DNA of 64,000 nucleotides, taken from the NCBI GenBank assembly GCA_965242965.1, contig OZ251518.1:3456001-3520000 (forward strand), in the 5' to 3' direction. The translations under genes and the position numbers were made by a program. Below the pieces are notes generated by a model. It was not told where the DNA came from. It searched no databases and saw nothing but the letters and a program-made list of their open reading frames with translations. Below, piece by piece: positions 49,828-60,268 of the stretch. Each line of letters starts with the position of its first letter. Position 1 is the first letter of the stretch. The DNA comes from Candidatus Poribacteria bacterium (lineage in GTDB: Bacteria; Poribacteria; WGA-4E; WGA-3G).

Positions 49828-51521
49828 GGCGTTGTTCGTATAGTGATGTCGATGCGGCGGTTCAGTTCTTCAGCGGTTCCGAGGGGTTCGGTTTCCCCTA
49901 AGCCTATCGCTGTTAGCCGTTTCTTCTCGAGTCCGCCTTCTTCAATGAGAAACATTTGCACCGCCTTTGCGCGTCCCTCGCTGATGTGCATGTTCACGCC
50001 GGCTCCACCGCTCGTCGCCGTGTGTGCTTCAATCCGGAGGGGATATTCGGCAAACGCTGTCCGCCGGAGCACCTTTGCGATTTGCGCGAACGTTGGGAAA
50101 AATGCCGGTTTCAATGCCGTGCTGCCAACGGCAAACAGGTTACCGCTGATACGAAGCCGCACGCCTTCGTTCACCTCCACTACCTCTGTCACCTTCGGGA
50201 GTTTTTGTAATGCTTGCATCAGGTTCCTTTTCGCTGAGGTGAGCTGCTGCGTATTGGCGATGGCGCGCTGCAAAGTTTCCGTGCTATCTGCGGCTGCCTG
50301 TATCGCGGCGGGATAGTCCTTCTCGGCTAACGCCGTTTTCGCCGCGGCGAGTGCATCCTGCGCAAGTTGATAGAGCCGCGCTTCCAGCCGCGGCACATCG
50401 GTGTTCGCCTGCGCTGCTATTTCCTGTTCAGCAGTCTCTACGGCACGCTGTGCTTCCGTTGTGAGGGTAGCCAATTCTTTCTGCGCACGCTGCCGGTATT
50501 CCAGAACTTCCGCAATCCCTACTGCAGTGTCAGCGCGTTGTTGAGACGCTTCCGCTGCACGCCGTGCCTGTGCATACTGACGTGCGTTGAGGTGCTGCTG
50601 CGCTGTTTTCAGGTGTGCTGCCGCTTCTTCAAACGGTTCAAGCGCGTGTTGCCTTGCACTCAGGTATTGTGCCCGTTCAATAATCAACGCTGCCTTCGCT
50701 ATCGCTACGCGTGCCTCTGTTTCTTCGGCATGCTCCTTGTTCCGATTTTGCACAGCGGTTTCATAGAGCGCGTTCGCCTGCTGCTGTGCTTCTCCTGTCG
50801 TTTTATCTGCCGCTGTGAAATCGTCCTCGCGAGCCAGGAGGCTACCTGCGAGAGCCAACGTCGCCTGCGCGCGTTCGTAGTCCGCTGTCGCTTCAATCGC
50901 GGGATAGAGTTCCTTGGCGATGTTCACGAGTAACGCTGCGCTTGATAACGTCACTTGCAGCTCTGTCCGCTGCAGCGATGCCGTTAATTCCGCTACATCT
51001 GTTGTCAACGCGCCTTCACGTTTTTTGTCCTGTCGGTGGACTGCTTCTGCTTCTGCTAGCGATTCCTTTGTGAGTTCATGCTGGATACGTGCGATGGCGA
51101 GTTCATCGGATAACGCGGCGATGCGTGCCTGCGCGGCTTGTTCGCGGACAAGCACGCGCTGTTCGCGTGCCTGGTGCTGCCGCGCCTTTGCGTGCGCAAT
51201 CCGCCCCACTAACTCCGCCTGATAGGCGAACTCCGCGCTCTGTGCGATGTCACCGTTCTCCTGCGCCTCTTGAGCAAGCGCGAGCAGTTTGACAGCGCGC
51301 CCGAACTCCTCTATCGGCAACCTCTCTGCCTCAAGTTCAGATGCACTCTCAATCGCCTGTTGCGCGCCTTGGAGCGATGTCTCCAGCAGCACGCTGTCTA
51401 TTTTCGGGCCCGCGCATCCGAACAACAGGATGAACAGGACGAGCAAGCCTATTTTTGGTATTTCGCCATGCGTTTGATTTTTTTGTTGTTCGCGAGGCGT
51501 TCGATTAGGGTTTCTGTGCAT
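49824..51521 (-). CDS. Lipoprotein with DUF4398-like coiled coils and a C-terminal OmpA-like domain
   Basis: Lipobox LFGC, long Ala-rich helices, LFAVGS...IEAHT...SEGRAKAV...GLGETEP...NRRIDI. Start uncertain (inside a repeat). Confidence 0.8.
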   Translation of the reverse strand: MHRNPNRTPREQQKNQTHGEIPKIGLLVLFILLFGCAGPKIDSVLLETSLQGAQQAIESASELEAERLPIEEFGRAVKLLALAQEAQENGDIAQSAEFAYQAELVGRIAHAKARQHQAREQRVLVREQAAQARIAALSDELAIARIQHELTKESLAEAEAVHRQDKKREGALTTDVAELTASLQRTELQVTLSSAALLVNIAKELYPAIEATADYERAQATLALAGSLLAREDDFTAADKTTGEAQQQANALYETAVQNRNKEHAEETEARVAIAKAALIIERAQYLSARQHALEPFEEAAAHLKTAQQHLNARQYAQARRAAEASQQRADTAVGIAEVLEYRQRAQKELATLTTEAQRAVETAEQEIAAQANTDVPRLEARLYQLAQDALAAAKTALAEKDYPAAIQAAADSTETLQRAIANTQQLTSAKRNLMQALQKLPKVTEVVEVNEGVRLRISGNLFAVGSTALKPAFFPTFAQIAKVLRRTAFAEYPLRIEAHTATSGGAGVNMHISEGRAKAVQMFLIEEGGLEKKRLTAIGLGETEPLGTAEELNRRIDITIRTTP

Positions 51522-51590
51522 GAACGTCTCTCTCCGTAAACCCGCAACGGCTGGCACGTGTGCCAGACCTTGCATCATTGTTGCATGCTT
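51482..51590. repeat. Family D copy
   Basis: TTGTTGTTCGCGAGGCGTTCGATTAGGGTTTC...GCAACGGCTGGCACGTGTGCCAGACCTTGC, near-identical to the copy at 54597. Confidence 0.85.
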
Positions 51591-51610
51591 GATTTCTGTT
51601 GTGATACTTG

Positions 51611-51985
51611 TCACGGTTTCCTGTTCTGGAGTTCCGTGAGTGCTTGGCGCGTTTCGGCGGCTCGCTGTTGACTGATGACGAGTTGCGCCTCCGCTTCTTG
51701 GAGGGCGGCTTCTAGTTGGAGAGCGTGTGCTGTCTCGGTTGCGATGCGCGCGTGGAGATAAGCGCGCAATGCCAAGCGATAGGCGCGCTCTGTATCCCCC
51801 GATTCCATTGCGGCTGTCGCCCCAGTCAGGAGTTCTTGCGCGGTGTGCGTCTCGGGCGCGCCGGATGCTTCCGCCGCCGCTAAAGTTACCTGTGCGTTTT
51901 CCAGTGTCTCCACGGCGAGGTGCTGCAGTTGCCCACCGCATCCAAGCAGCCCCACGAAGAGGATGATACCGATTAGCCGTTTCAT
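51611..51985 (-). CDS. Small DUF4398-like lipoprotein
   Basis: MKRLIGIILFVGLLGC lipobox and Ala-rich helices, upstream of the OmpA-domain gene. Confidence 0.75.
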   Translation of the reverse strand: MKRLIGIILFVGLLGCGGQLQHLAVETLENAQVTLAAAEASGAPETHTAQELLTGATAAMESGDTERAYRLALRAYLHARIATETAHALQLEAALQEAEAQLVISQQRAAETRQALTELQNRKP

Positions 51986-52020
51986 AAGCCTACTCTCCTT
52001 ACACGCTATCCATGAAAAGA

Positions 52021-52048
52021 GAAAAAGCCCCGCCCGCGGCGAGGCTCT
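52021..52048 (-). terminator. Putative terminator after rpmA
   Basis: Minus strand AGCCTCGCC-loop-GGCGGGGCT followed by TTTTCTTTT. Confidence 0.6.
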
Positions 52049-52097
52049 ATCAGGGTTGTCCTTCGGGAATTCTCCCATCGGGATGGGAGCGGATTCC

Positions 52098-52364
52098 CTA
52101 ACATTCAGGACGTTCTGTATAGACACTCACCTTCCGGCGATATTTGTCTTTTCGCTCGAACGCGACGTAGCCGTTAATCTTCGAGAAGAGCGTGTAATCT
52201 CTTCCCACACCGACGTTGCTGCCGGCGTGCAGATGCGTGCCACGCTGTCGGACGAGAATGCTGCCGGCGGTGACATAGTTGCCGGCGAAGCGTTTCACAC
52301 CGAGCCGTTTGCCGATGCTATCGCGTCCGTTTCGGGTGCTTCCCCCGCCTTTCTTATGTGCCAT
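52098..52364 (-). CDS. rpmA: 50S ribosomal protein L27
   Basis: [16 protein letters not shown]...RLGVK...ILVRQRGT. Confidence 0.98.
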   Translation of the reverse strand: MAHKKGGGSTRNGRDSIGKRLGVKRFAGNYVTAGSILVRQRGTHLHAGSNVGVGRDYTLFSKINGYVAFERKDKYRRKVSVYTERPEC

Positions 52365-52713
52365 GGGATTCTTCCTCCTCAGCAGAATGGTTTCCGTTTT
52401 CCGCGCCGATGGCGGTAATTTTTACGCGGGTAAACGATTGCCGATGTCCGAGTTTGCGCTTGTAGCCTTTGCGCCGTTTGGACTTGAACACAATCGTCTT
52501 TTTCGCGCGTGCCTGTTGAACTACCTCACCCGTGACGGCGGTATCCGCCAGATAAGGGGTGCCGGCTTGCAACTGGCCCTCTTGGTTAACAATGGCTAAA
52601 ACGGATGGAAACGTGACGGTGTCGCCTACGGCGGCATCCAATTTCTCAACATCAATGAGGGTGCCTACCTCGGCGCGATGTTGTTTCCCTCCGCTTGCAA
52701 ATACTGCATACAT
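52354..52713 (-). CDS. rplU: 50S ribosomal protein L21
   Basis: [11 protein letters not shown]...FKSKRRKGY...GHRQ. Confidence 0.97.
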   Translation of the reverse strand: MYAVFASGGKQHRAEVGTLIDVEKLDAAVGDTVTFPSVLAIVNQEGQLQAGTPYLADTAVTGEVVQQARAKKTIVFKSKRRKGYKRKLGHRQSFTRVKITAIGAENGNHSAEEEESHGT

Positions 52714-52735
52714 TTTTGACTATAACTCCTTTTTT

Positions 52736-52971
52736 CGTCCTGGCGCAAAGCGTTCGATTAGGTGGTTGGTGCATGAACAGCTCTCTGCGTAGACCCGCAT
52801 GCGCCGTTGTTGCATGCTATAGTTCTGGTGCTAATTTTTGTTATCAAGATTAGCATCGAAAACCGAGTCATTGACAACGTCAAACGGCTGGCAGCGAGTG
52901 CCAGACCTTGACGGCTTACGTAGAACGATGTTCATGCATTCACCACTCAAATCGAACGCCTTGCGAACAAC
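52736..52971. mobile_element. Complete family D element between rne and rplU
   Basis: GCGCAAAGCGTTCGATT...AATCGAACGCCTTGCGAACAAC. Confidence 0.85.
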
Positions 52972-52972
52972 A

Positions 52973-54574
52973 TTATTCCAAAAACACCTCTTCGCCGTTC
53001 CCTGCAAAGATGCGGTAATCTTCGAGGTGCAAGTTGATGTCGGGTTCAAGGACGAGGTTCAACTTCAGCGAACGCTTCAAATCGCGCAATTTATCCGACA
53101 TTGCCGACTTCAGGTGCGAGACGACATCGTCATTGGCGATAACGCGCAATTCGGGCTTCTGTGTTTGCCGATGCGCCGCTTTTATTGCCCGGAACAACTG
53201 AATGCCGACGGTTTCAATGGAGAGCACGGTGCCGTGTCCATCGCAATAAGGGCACGGCTCCATCAGGAGCGTAGAGAGACTGGGCCGCGTGCGCTGCCGC
53301 GTCATCTCCACGAGCCCCAAATCCGAGAAGTGGAGGATGTTGGTGCGCGCCCGGTCCTTCCGCAACGCGTCTTGCAACATTTTGAAGACACGCTTCCGGT
53401 GAGAAGCCTCTTCCATATCAATGAAATCGACGACGATGATGCCGCCCAAATCGCGCAGCTGCAGTTGCCGCACGACTTCCTCGACTGCCTCCATGTTGGC
53501 ACTCAGAATCGTGTTATCCGGGTCGGATTTTCCAACGAACCTGCCGGTGTTGACATCAATGGATACCATCGCCTCGGTCTGCTGGATAATAATGTGTCCG
53601 CCACACTTGAGCCAGATTTTCTCGCTGAGTGCATTCCTGAGTTCACGCTCCACGCCGAATGCGTTAAACAGCGCGGTCTTCTCTTGGTAGAGGGTTACCC
53701 GCTTCTGCAAATCGGGCATCACGGATGAGACGTAATCCATCGTTTCTTGATACCCGGCTTTTGAGTCAATGAGAAGCTGCTTGACATCTTTCGTGAACAT
53801 GTCGCGGACGATACGGTTCGTAAACCCGAGGTCTTTGCTCACGAGGCTGGGTGCGGATTTCCGATTTGCGCGCGCCAGCGTCTGCTTCCATTGGTTAATC
53901 AGGTATCGGATTTCGGCGGCGAACTCGGCTTCGTTGAGTCCTTCGGCGGCGGTGCGGATGATAAACCCGCCTTCCACGTCTGCCTTGACTGTCTGCGCCA
54001 TGTTTCGGAGTCTATCGCGTTCACTCGCGGATTCGATGCGGCGTGACACGCCGATATTAGAAGAATTCGGCATGTAGACGACGTAACGTCCGGGCAGCGT
54101 GATGTTGCTGGTGACGCGTGCCCCCTTGTTTCCCATGGGCTCCTTGCCGACTTGGACGAGGATTTCCTGCTTTTTTGAGATGAGGTCGCTTATCAAAAAA
54201 GGGAATCCCCGTCCGCCGCGCGATGCCTTGGGCCGCTTCGCTTTCAAATCCAAAACAGTATTCTTGGCCGACTTGCCGTTCCGGTTGCCATTGCCGTTGC
54301 CGTTCCGGTTGCCGTTACCGTTACCGTTCAAGGTTACGTCCACGCTTTCATACTTCAAATCGGAGATATGAAGGAAGGCGTGCCGGTCCAAGCCGATGTC
54401 GACAAAAGCGACTTGCATCCCCGGTAAGACGTTCGCGACGCGTCCCTTGTAGAGATTTCCCAGCGTCTGGGTATCGGCTTTCCGTTCGATGTAAATTTCG
54501 TTCAACACGCCGTGTTCAAGAACGGCACAGCGTGTTTCGTACTCGTCATCAGAAATAAGTATCTCCTTTTCCAT
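52973..54574 (-). CDS. Ribonuclease E/G family
   Basis: GNLYKGRV...PGMQVAFVDIG, KEPMGNKGAR, IDVNTG, RDLGGIIVVDFIDM, CPYC. Confidence 0.95.
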   Translation of the reverse strand: MEKEILISDDEYETRCAVLEHGVLNEIYIERKADTQTLGNLYKGRVANVLPGMQVAFVDIGLDRHAFLHISDLKYESVDVTLNGNGNGNRNGNGNGNRNGKSAKNTVLDLKAKRPKASRGGRGFPFLISDLISKKQEILVQVGKEPMGNKGARVTSNITLPGRYVVYMPNSSNIGVSRRIESASERDRLRNMAQTVKADVEGGFIIRTAAEGLNEAEFAAEIRYLINQWKQTLARANRKSAPSLVSKDLGFTNRIVRDMFTKDVKQLLIDSKAGYQETMDYVSSVMPDLQKRVTLYQEKTALFNAFGVERELRNALSEKIWLKCGGHIIIQQTEAMVSIDVNTGRFVGKSDPDNTILSANMEAVEEVVRQLQLRDLGGIIVVDFIDMEEASHRKRVFKMLQDALRKDRARTNILHFSDLGLVEMTRQRTRPSLSTLLMEPCPYCDGHGTVLSIETVGIQLFRAIKAAHRQTQKPELRVIANDDVVSHLKSAMSDKLRDLKRSLKLNLVLEPDINLHLEDYRIFAGNGEEVFLE

Positions 54575-54596
54575 TTATGACTTGTTAGAAAAACTT

Positions 54597-54797
54597 TTTT
54601 GTTGTTCGCGAGGCGTTCGATTAGGGTTTCCGTGCATGAACGTTTCTCTGCGTAACTCCGCAACGGCTGGCACGTGTGCCAGACCTTGCATCATTGTTGC
54701 ATGCTTAGTTCTTGTGCTAATTCTTGTTGTCAGGATTAGCATCGAAAACGTAGGTAGCGTGTTTACGCGGCGCGACGATTGAACGCCTCGCGAACAA
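54597..54797. mobile_element. Family D element
   Basis: TTGTTCGCGAGGCGTTC...GAACGCCTCGCGAACAA inverted ends. Confidence 0.85.
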
Positions 54798-55033
54798 TGC
54801 CAAGTCTGTTTGCCGTTCGGCAGCGAGTGCCGAACCTTTGCGGGTTTTTCTAACTCTCCTTTCTTTGCGTTTTGACGGATTCCTCCGTCAATCTAGGGAG
54901 ACATGCTCTAGTGCCTTGGCGGCTAGAAGATGCTCCGGCTCGTCGGAGGGTTCTGCGGCGTTCTTTCGTAGGGGGTAACCTCCGCTTTGGGGCCCGTCCC
55001 CACTCGTTTTGTTTCTACGCGTGCCCGTTTAGC

Positions 55034-56641
55034 TTAACGGGGTGTCAGCGTGACAACGGGGGTTATCAATTCGCCCATGGAAATGCCGCCGTGTTGGAAT
55101 CCTCCTTGGAACTGCCGTTTATACTTGTAAAAATCGTTAGGGTAGACGAAATAGTAGTCGTCTTTGGCGAAAATATAGTTCTTACTCGCCGTTTCTGCTG
55201 GTAGCCGGTAGACTTGCGGGTTTCGGAGATGCACGGCGTGGTTCGCGTCACATCCGAGGTTGGAACCGATTTTAAACCGGAGACTCGTCGTCGTCTCACG
55301 GTTGCCAAGGGCGCGGGTGGCTCGGTTACAAAAGACGGAACCGTGGTCGCTTGTTAAAACGACGGTGGCATCTTGCGCCGCAACGATGCGCAAAATATCA
55401 AAAAGCACGGAATGCTCAAACCAGGAACGCGTCACATCGCGGAAGGCGGCTTCATCCGGTGCAAGCTGCTGTAGGACATCCGACTGTGAGCGTTGGTGTG
55501 TCAAGATATCAACGAAGTTAACGACGAGGGCAGAGAGGCTGACGCGCGCGGCAGCGGCGACACGCTTTTTGTATGCCTGTCCGCCTCGGACATCGAAAAT
55601 TTTGAAGTATTGAAGTGCCGGCTTCAACTTGATACCCCGGCTTTTCACGTGTGCATCGAGCAGTTCGCGTTCATAGCGGTTCATACTGGTGCTCCCCTCG
55701 GCGTTTTCCTGCCAGTATTGTGGGTAGCGCGATGCCAATTCTTCGGGATATAACCCGCTAAAGAGCGCGTTTCGTGAATAGACTGTGGCACTCGGTAAAA
55801 TCGAGAAACTATAGTGTCTGTCGATTGAAAAATACGGGTACACCTGCGATTCGATGGCCATCCAGTGGTCTAACCGAAACGAGTCGACGACGATAAAATA
55901 TACCGATTTTCCGGCGCGCAGCAACGGGATGACGTGTTCATCTAACACGTTGACGGACAGCGGCGGTGCGTCCGAACTTCCTGCCACCCATTCCGGGTAG
56001 CGTGCTTCCACAAAATCGGAGAACTCCGTGTTGCACTCTTTCTTTTGTGCGAGATGCGTTTCCTCTAAGCCGCCTTCTGTCAGCCGGTCGGAGACAAGTT
56101 CCCATTCCGAGAGTTTGACATAGATGTCCACCCAGTCTTGCCAGTTGGGGTTTGACTCCTTGAGGACGCGGATGGCATTAAAATCTGCCGTGTAGCGGCC
56201 CGGGATGCTATCGTCAATAATCTGCTGCTGTTCAAGCACCCGTTTCAGGGTTGTCGCGATTTGGGCAACCCCGATAGGTTTGACGAGGAAATCGGTTACC
56301 TGTTTTCCCAGGGCGTTATTCACGAATGTGTCATCACTAGATTGCGTTACGAAAATCACCGGCACCTGTGGATGAATGGCGCGGAGCCCCTCCAACGTCT
56401 GGATACCGTCCTTGCCGGGCATCACCTGGTCAAGGAGGATAGCACTATACTGCGTGTCACCGCGCTTCAGGAGCGCGATGCCGTCTTCGCCGTTTGTGGC
56501 AGGCGTTACGGCGTATCCCCGCTCTTCTAAAAAGAGGATGTGCGGCCGCAGTGCTTCTATCTCGTCATCTATCCATAGGATGTGGTGTGATTTTTTAGTA
56601 TTTCGCAATGCGTTTGATAAAGTAGATTCGTGCAATGACAT
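55034..56641 (-). CDS. PorX-like response regulator (receiver + PglZ alkaline-phosphatase-family domain)
   Basis: ILWIDDEIEALRPHILFLEERGY, LLDQVMPG, SILPSATVYSRNALFSG, TSDHG, FQHGGISM. Start uncertain. Confidence 0.88.
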   Translation of the reverse strand: MSLHESTLSNALRNTKKSHHILWIDDEIEALRPHILFLEERGYAVTPATNGEDGIALLKRGDTQYSAILLDQVMPGKDGIQTLEGLRAIHPQVPVIFVTQSSDDTFVNNALGKQVTDFLVKPIGVAQIATTLKRVLEQQQIIDDSIPGRYTADFNAIRVLKESNPNWQDWVDIYVKLSEWELVSDRLTEGGLEETHLAQKKECNTEFSDFVEARYPEWVAGSSDAPPLSVNVLDEHVIPLLRAGKSVYFIVVDSFRLDHWMAIESQVYPYFSIDRHYSFSILPSATVYSRNALFSGLYPEELASRYPQYWQENAEGSTSMNRYERELLDAHVKSRGIKLKPALQYFKIFDVRGGQAYKKRVAAAARVSLSALVVNFVDILTHQRSQSDVLQQLAPDEAAFRDVTRSWFEHSVLFDILRIVAAQDATVVLTSDHGSVFCNRATRALGNRETTTSLRFKIGSNLGCDANHAVHLRNPQVYRLPAETASKNYIFAKDDYYFVYPNDFYKYKRQFQGGFQHGGISMGELITPVVTLTPR

Positions 56642-56708
56642 TTCTCTGCGTAACCCGACATTGACAATGTCAATAACGTCAATGCCGACGTTCTTGGATA
56701 ACAGGTGG

Positions 56709-58277
56709 CTATAGAAGCCGTTCTGGACTCCCTTTTGAGCCGGGCGCGGCCGGCAGGCGGATTTCAAACGTTGTCCCCGCCGGACTCGTTTCAAGGAGGC
56801 GAATGCTTCCTTGATGGTATTCATGAATGATGCGCCGTACGACTGTCAAGCCGAGTCCCCATCCGTGCGCTTTCGTGCTCATCCCCGGTTCAAAAACCTT
56901 TCGCTGGTTCTGGCGCGGGATGCCTCTGCCGTTATCGGTGTATCGGACGACAACTGCTGCGCGCCGTTTATCGTAGTGATGCTGCATCTCAATGCGCCCG
57001 GCCGGTTTATCCATTGCATCTAACGAGTTGCGGATGAGATTCTCGAACACCCACTGCAACAGATGCACGTTGGCGAAAATCGCCGGCGTTTCACCCGGTA
57101 ACACGTGAATTTCAACGCGATGCTGCCCGACGTGCGGGAGCCGCTTCTCAAAATATGCAAGCACTTCGGCGAACACTTCTTCTAGTTGCACCGCGGTTCG
57201 TGGCGGTTGTGTGCCAATCATTCCGAAGCGTGCAGTAGTCTTCTGCAATCGCTCCAGATCGCCCTGCATCGTTGTGGCGAGTTCTGCGAGTGCCGCGTCG
57301 TTCGTTTCTCGGCTGCGTTCCTGTAGCAATTCCGCCCATGCTAACAGCGAGGAGACCGGGGTGCCGAGTTGATGTGCTGTCTCTTTCGCCAGGCCGCCCC
57401 AGACAGCGGCGTATTCATAAGACTTTATCCGCCGGTAGATAAGAAAACAGACGATGCCAAACACCGGGAGCACAATGCCTAACACGATAGGCAGCGTCCA
57501 TTTCAACGCGTAATACGGTTTCGTCTCATAATAGAGGAGGCCTTGATACTGCGTTGGCGTTGTCTGTAGCACAGCGGACGCGGGTGCATTTTGGATGAAA
57601 AGTTCGGCGCGCCGCCGCTCCTCCGGCGTAGCCGTCTCAGCCGTGATGACATCACCCCATATCTGCCATTTCTGCGGGGCGCGCGTCGTATCTGTCAGCA
57701 CAAATGGCAATTGCGCCACCGCGCTCGGCGAGACATCACCGTAGTAGATGTAACCGTAAACCGTCCTATTTTCCAAAAAGTGCGGTATTTTACGCGGCGG
57801 ATGCTTTCGCTTCATCCGTGCCAACGTGGCAGCAAGCAGAGCCTGTTCCTTCTCTGTTAACGAAACCCCTTCTGTCAAGTTGACCTTCGTGTCAAATTCA
57901 GGGTTAACGCCTCGTGCAATCAGCGGTTTTCCGTCGGCATCCATGATAATGAATGAAAACGGCTTCGATCTGTCTTCGGCGAGTGATTCCTCCCGAAGAA
58001 TCTCAATCAGTTGTTTCTGTAGCGTCCTATCTTCGACGCTCGGCAACAGTGCGGCGAGATTCGCGAAAATGTCCACCTGTTTGTCAATATCGGCATCTAA
58101 TTGCGAGATTTGCCGCGTATAATACGCGAACGCGAAAATCAGCGTGCCTAATCCGACGACGAAGTAGAGGAGCATTAACCGCCCGGTCGGATAGTTTTTG
58201 TTGTTCGCAACCTGTTGCGCGCTTTTGCGAAGCAACGCACGCAGTTTGTCTAGGCGTAACCTTTTTGGTGCAATCAT
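56709..58277 (-). CDS. Membrane sensor histidine kinase (PorY-like by context)
   Basis: Two TM helices, WGGLAKETAHQLGTP H-box, WVFENLIRNSLDAM, DNGRG, GWGLGL. Confidence 0.9.
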   Translation of the reverse strand: MIAPKRLRLDKLRALLRKSAQQVANNKNYPTGRLMLLYFVVGLGTLIFAFAYYTRQISQLDADIDKQVDIFANLAALLPSVEDRTLQKQLIEILREESLAEDRSKPFSFIIMDADGKPLIARGVNPEFDTKVNLTEGVSLTEKEQALLAATLARMKRKHPPRKIPHFLENRTVYGYIYYGDVSPSAVAQLPFVLTDTTRAPQKWQIWGDVITAETATPEERRRAELFIQNAPASAVLQTTPTQYQGLLYYETKPYYALKWTLPIVLGIVLPVFGIVCFLIYRRIKSYEYAAVWGGLAKETAHQLGTPVSSLLAWAELLQERSRETNDAALAELATTMQGDLERLQKTTARFGMIGTQPPRTAVQLEEVFAEVLAYFEKRLPHVGQHRVEIHVLPGETPAIFANVHLLQWVFENLIRNSLDAMDKPAGRIEMQHHYDKRRAAVVVRYTDNGRGIPRQNQRKVFEPGMSTKAHGWGLGLTVVRRIIHEYHQGSIRLLETSPAGTTFEIRLPAAPGSKGSPERLL

Positions 58278-58520
58278 GTCTGTCTGCGTAACCTGTCAAG
58301 CGTTGTTCATTCAACGTTGTCGATGACTAGGTTTTTGGGCTTAATAGACATTTTAGACAAATTTTTTGATACATTAATATTATACCCTATTTTAAACAAT
58401 TTTTCAAGTTTATTTTGCAAATTTCACAAAATGGGGTATTATTTCTTGATTTTCTGGCGGCGGCGTGGTAAACTAAATGCAAGGTAACCTTGTTTCTGGG
58501 AGAGAAATAGGAAAAATTCA

Positions 58521-59276
58521 ATGCTCAAAGCAATTACGTTTGACTTTTGGCAGACACTTTATGCGGATTCGCATGAAAATTGGATGAGACGGCAGGCGGT
58601 GCGCGTAGACAAATGCCACGATTACCTGCGCGGCCGCGGGTATGCGTGTGACGTGCCAGGCGTTCAGTCTGCCTTGTCCGCCGCTTACGAGTTGACGCAC
58701 GTTCGGTGGCATCGGCATGTAGGTGTGCCTGTGGCAGTGGGGATGCAGGAATTAGCATCGGCACTTGATTTCACGCTGGATGCCGAGGAAATTGCGGCAC
58801 TCGTTTCGGTGATGGGCGCGTCCTTTTTAGCGTCACCGCCGCGTCTGATACCGCATGTTAAGCCGGTGCTGGAACGGCTCAGCGCGAAGTATCCGCTGGG
58901 GATTGTCTCCGATTCCGCGTTGACACCGGGCATGTTCGTCCGCAAGCTCATGGAACGCGATGGGCTTTTGCACTGCTTTCAAGCGTTCACGTTTTCCGAT
59001 GAGACAGCGCACACCAAACCCGAAGTCGCGCAATTCCATGCCACTTTAGCGCATCTCGGGGTGGAGCCAGCGGAAGCCGTGCATATCGGCGACATTTTCC
59101 GCACGGATATCGTCGGCGCGAAGAATGCCGGTATGAAGGCGATTCGTTTCTGTGGCTTCAACCGCAGTGAACGAAACGACACACTCAGCGATGCTGTCGT
59201 TGACGATTATCGCGAATTGGAAGAGGCTATTTTTTCGTTGTTCGCAATGCGTTTGGATAGTGCTCTGGCGCAATGA
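58521..59276 (+). CDS. HAD-superfamily hydrolase
   Basis: ITFDFWQTL, KP, HIGDIFRTDIVGAKNAGM. Confidence 0.9.
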   Translation: MLKAITFDFWQTLYADSHENWMRRQAVRVDKCHDYLRGRGYACDVPGVQSALSAAYELTHVRWHRHVGVPVAVGMQELASALDFTLDAEEIAALVSVMGASFLASPPRLIPHVKPVLERLSAKYPLGIVSDSALTPGMFVRKLMERDGLLHCFQAFTFSDETAHTKPEVAQFHATLAHLGVEPAEAVHIGDIFRTDIVGAKNAGMKAIRFCGFNRSERNDTLSDAVVDDYRELEEAIFSLFAMRLDSALAQ

Positions 59277-59368
59277 CGTAAGTTTGCATAGCTTGTCAAG
59301 GACTGGCACACGTGCTAGCCGTTTGACGTTGTTGATGACTACGTTTTTTTAGAGAGGAGGCGAGTCCT

Positions 59369-60268
59369 ATGGGAACCACCGTATTGATTACTGGCGCGAC
59401 CGGCTTTATCGGCAGTCGCGTCTGTGACGCGCTCGTCGAGAGAGGCGATGCATTTGGAGTCCTCTCTCGAAATCCGGCACGCGCGCGTGAGAAGTTCAGC
59501 GCGGCGAAAGTTGTCCACGGCTGGGATACCGAGGCGGAGTCCGTCTCAGGCGTAGAGGCAGTGATGCATCTCGCGGGTGAGACTATCGCGGGCCGGTGGA
59601 ATGCCGAGAAAAAACGGCGGATTCGAGAGAGCCGCATCACCTCCACACAGCAGCTTGTCGGTTTGCTCGCCGCTGCTGAAAAGAAGCCTTCCGTGCTGGT
59701 TTGCGCCTCGGCAATCGGTTACTACGGCGATAGCGGCGATGCAGATTTCACAGAAACTTCCGCTGCCGGTACCGACTTCCTCGCCGAAGTCTGCCAGGAG
59801 TGGGAGGCGGAGGCACTCAAAGCGACAGAACTCGGCATCCGTGTCGTCACGGTGCGCATTGGCCTGGTGCTTGGTAACGGCGGTGGATTGTTGGCGCAGG
59901 TGCTTCCGCCGTTTAAAATGGGTGTGGGCGGCAAACTCGGCAGTGGTAATCAGTGGATGTCGTGGATTCACGTTGACGATGTCGTCGGTATCTTGCTGCA
60001 TGCGATGGACAACGCCTCGGTAAGCGGTGCGCTCAACGCGACGGCACCCGCACCGGTGAGAAACATAGAATTTACGAAGACACTCGGTGCAGTGTTAGGG
60101 CGGCCGACGTTGTTCCCCGTACCGAAGTTCGGTTTGAAGTTAATGATGGGCGAATTCGCGGATTTTGTCGTGCTGAGCCAAAAAATTCTGCCGGAGAAAA
60201 CAGAAGCGAGCGGCTATGCATTTCAGCATCGGACGCTGGAATCGGCACTGAGGGCATGTCTGGCATGA
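59369..60268 (+). CDS. TIGR01777-family (YfcH-like) NAD-binding epimerase
   Basis: ITGATGFIG, HLAGE, SAIGYYG, GSGNQWMSWIH. Confidence 0.92.
   Translation: MGTTVLITGATGFIGSRVCDALVERGDAFGVLSRNPARAREKFSAAKVVHGWDTEAESVSGVEAVMHLAGETIAGRWNAEKKRRIRESRITSTQQLVGLLAAAEKKPSVLVCASAIGYYGDSGDADFTETSAAGTDFLAEVCQEWEAEALKATELGIRVVTVRIGLVLGNGGGLLAQVLPPFKMGVGGKLGSGNQWMSWIHVDDVVGILLHAMDNASVSGALNATAPAPVRNIEFTKTLGAVLGRPTLFPVPKFGLKLMMGEFADFVVLSQKILPEKTEASGYAFQHRTLESALRACLA

Noticed and set aside
51522-51941. 705-aa version of the OmpA-domain ORF
   Set aside because: The extension overlaps the upstream lipoprotein gene and a repeat, and the lipobox lies much further downstream.
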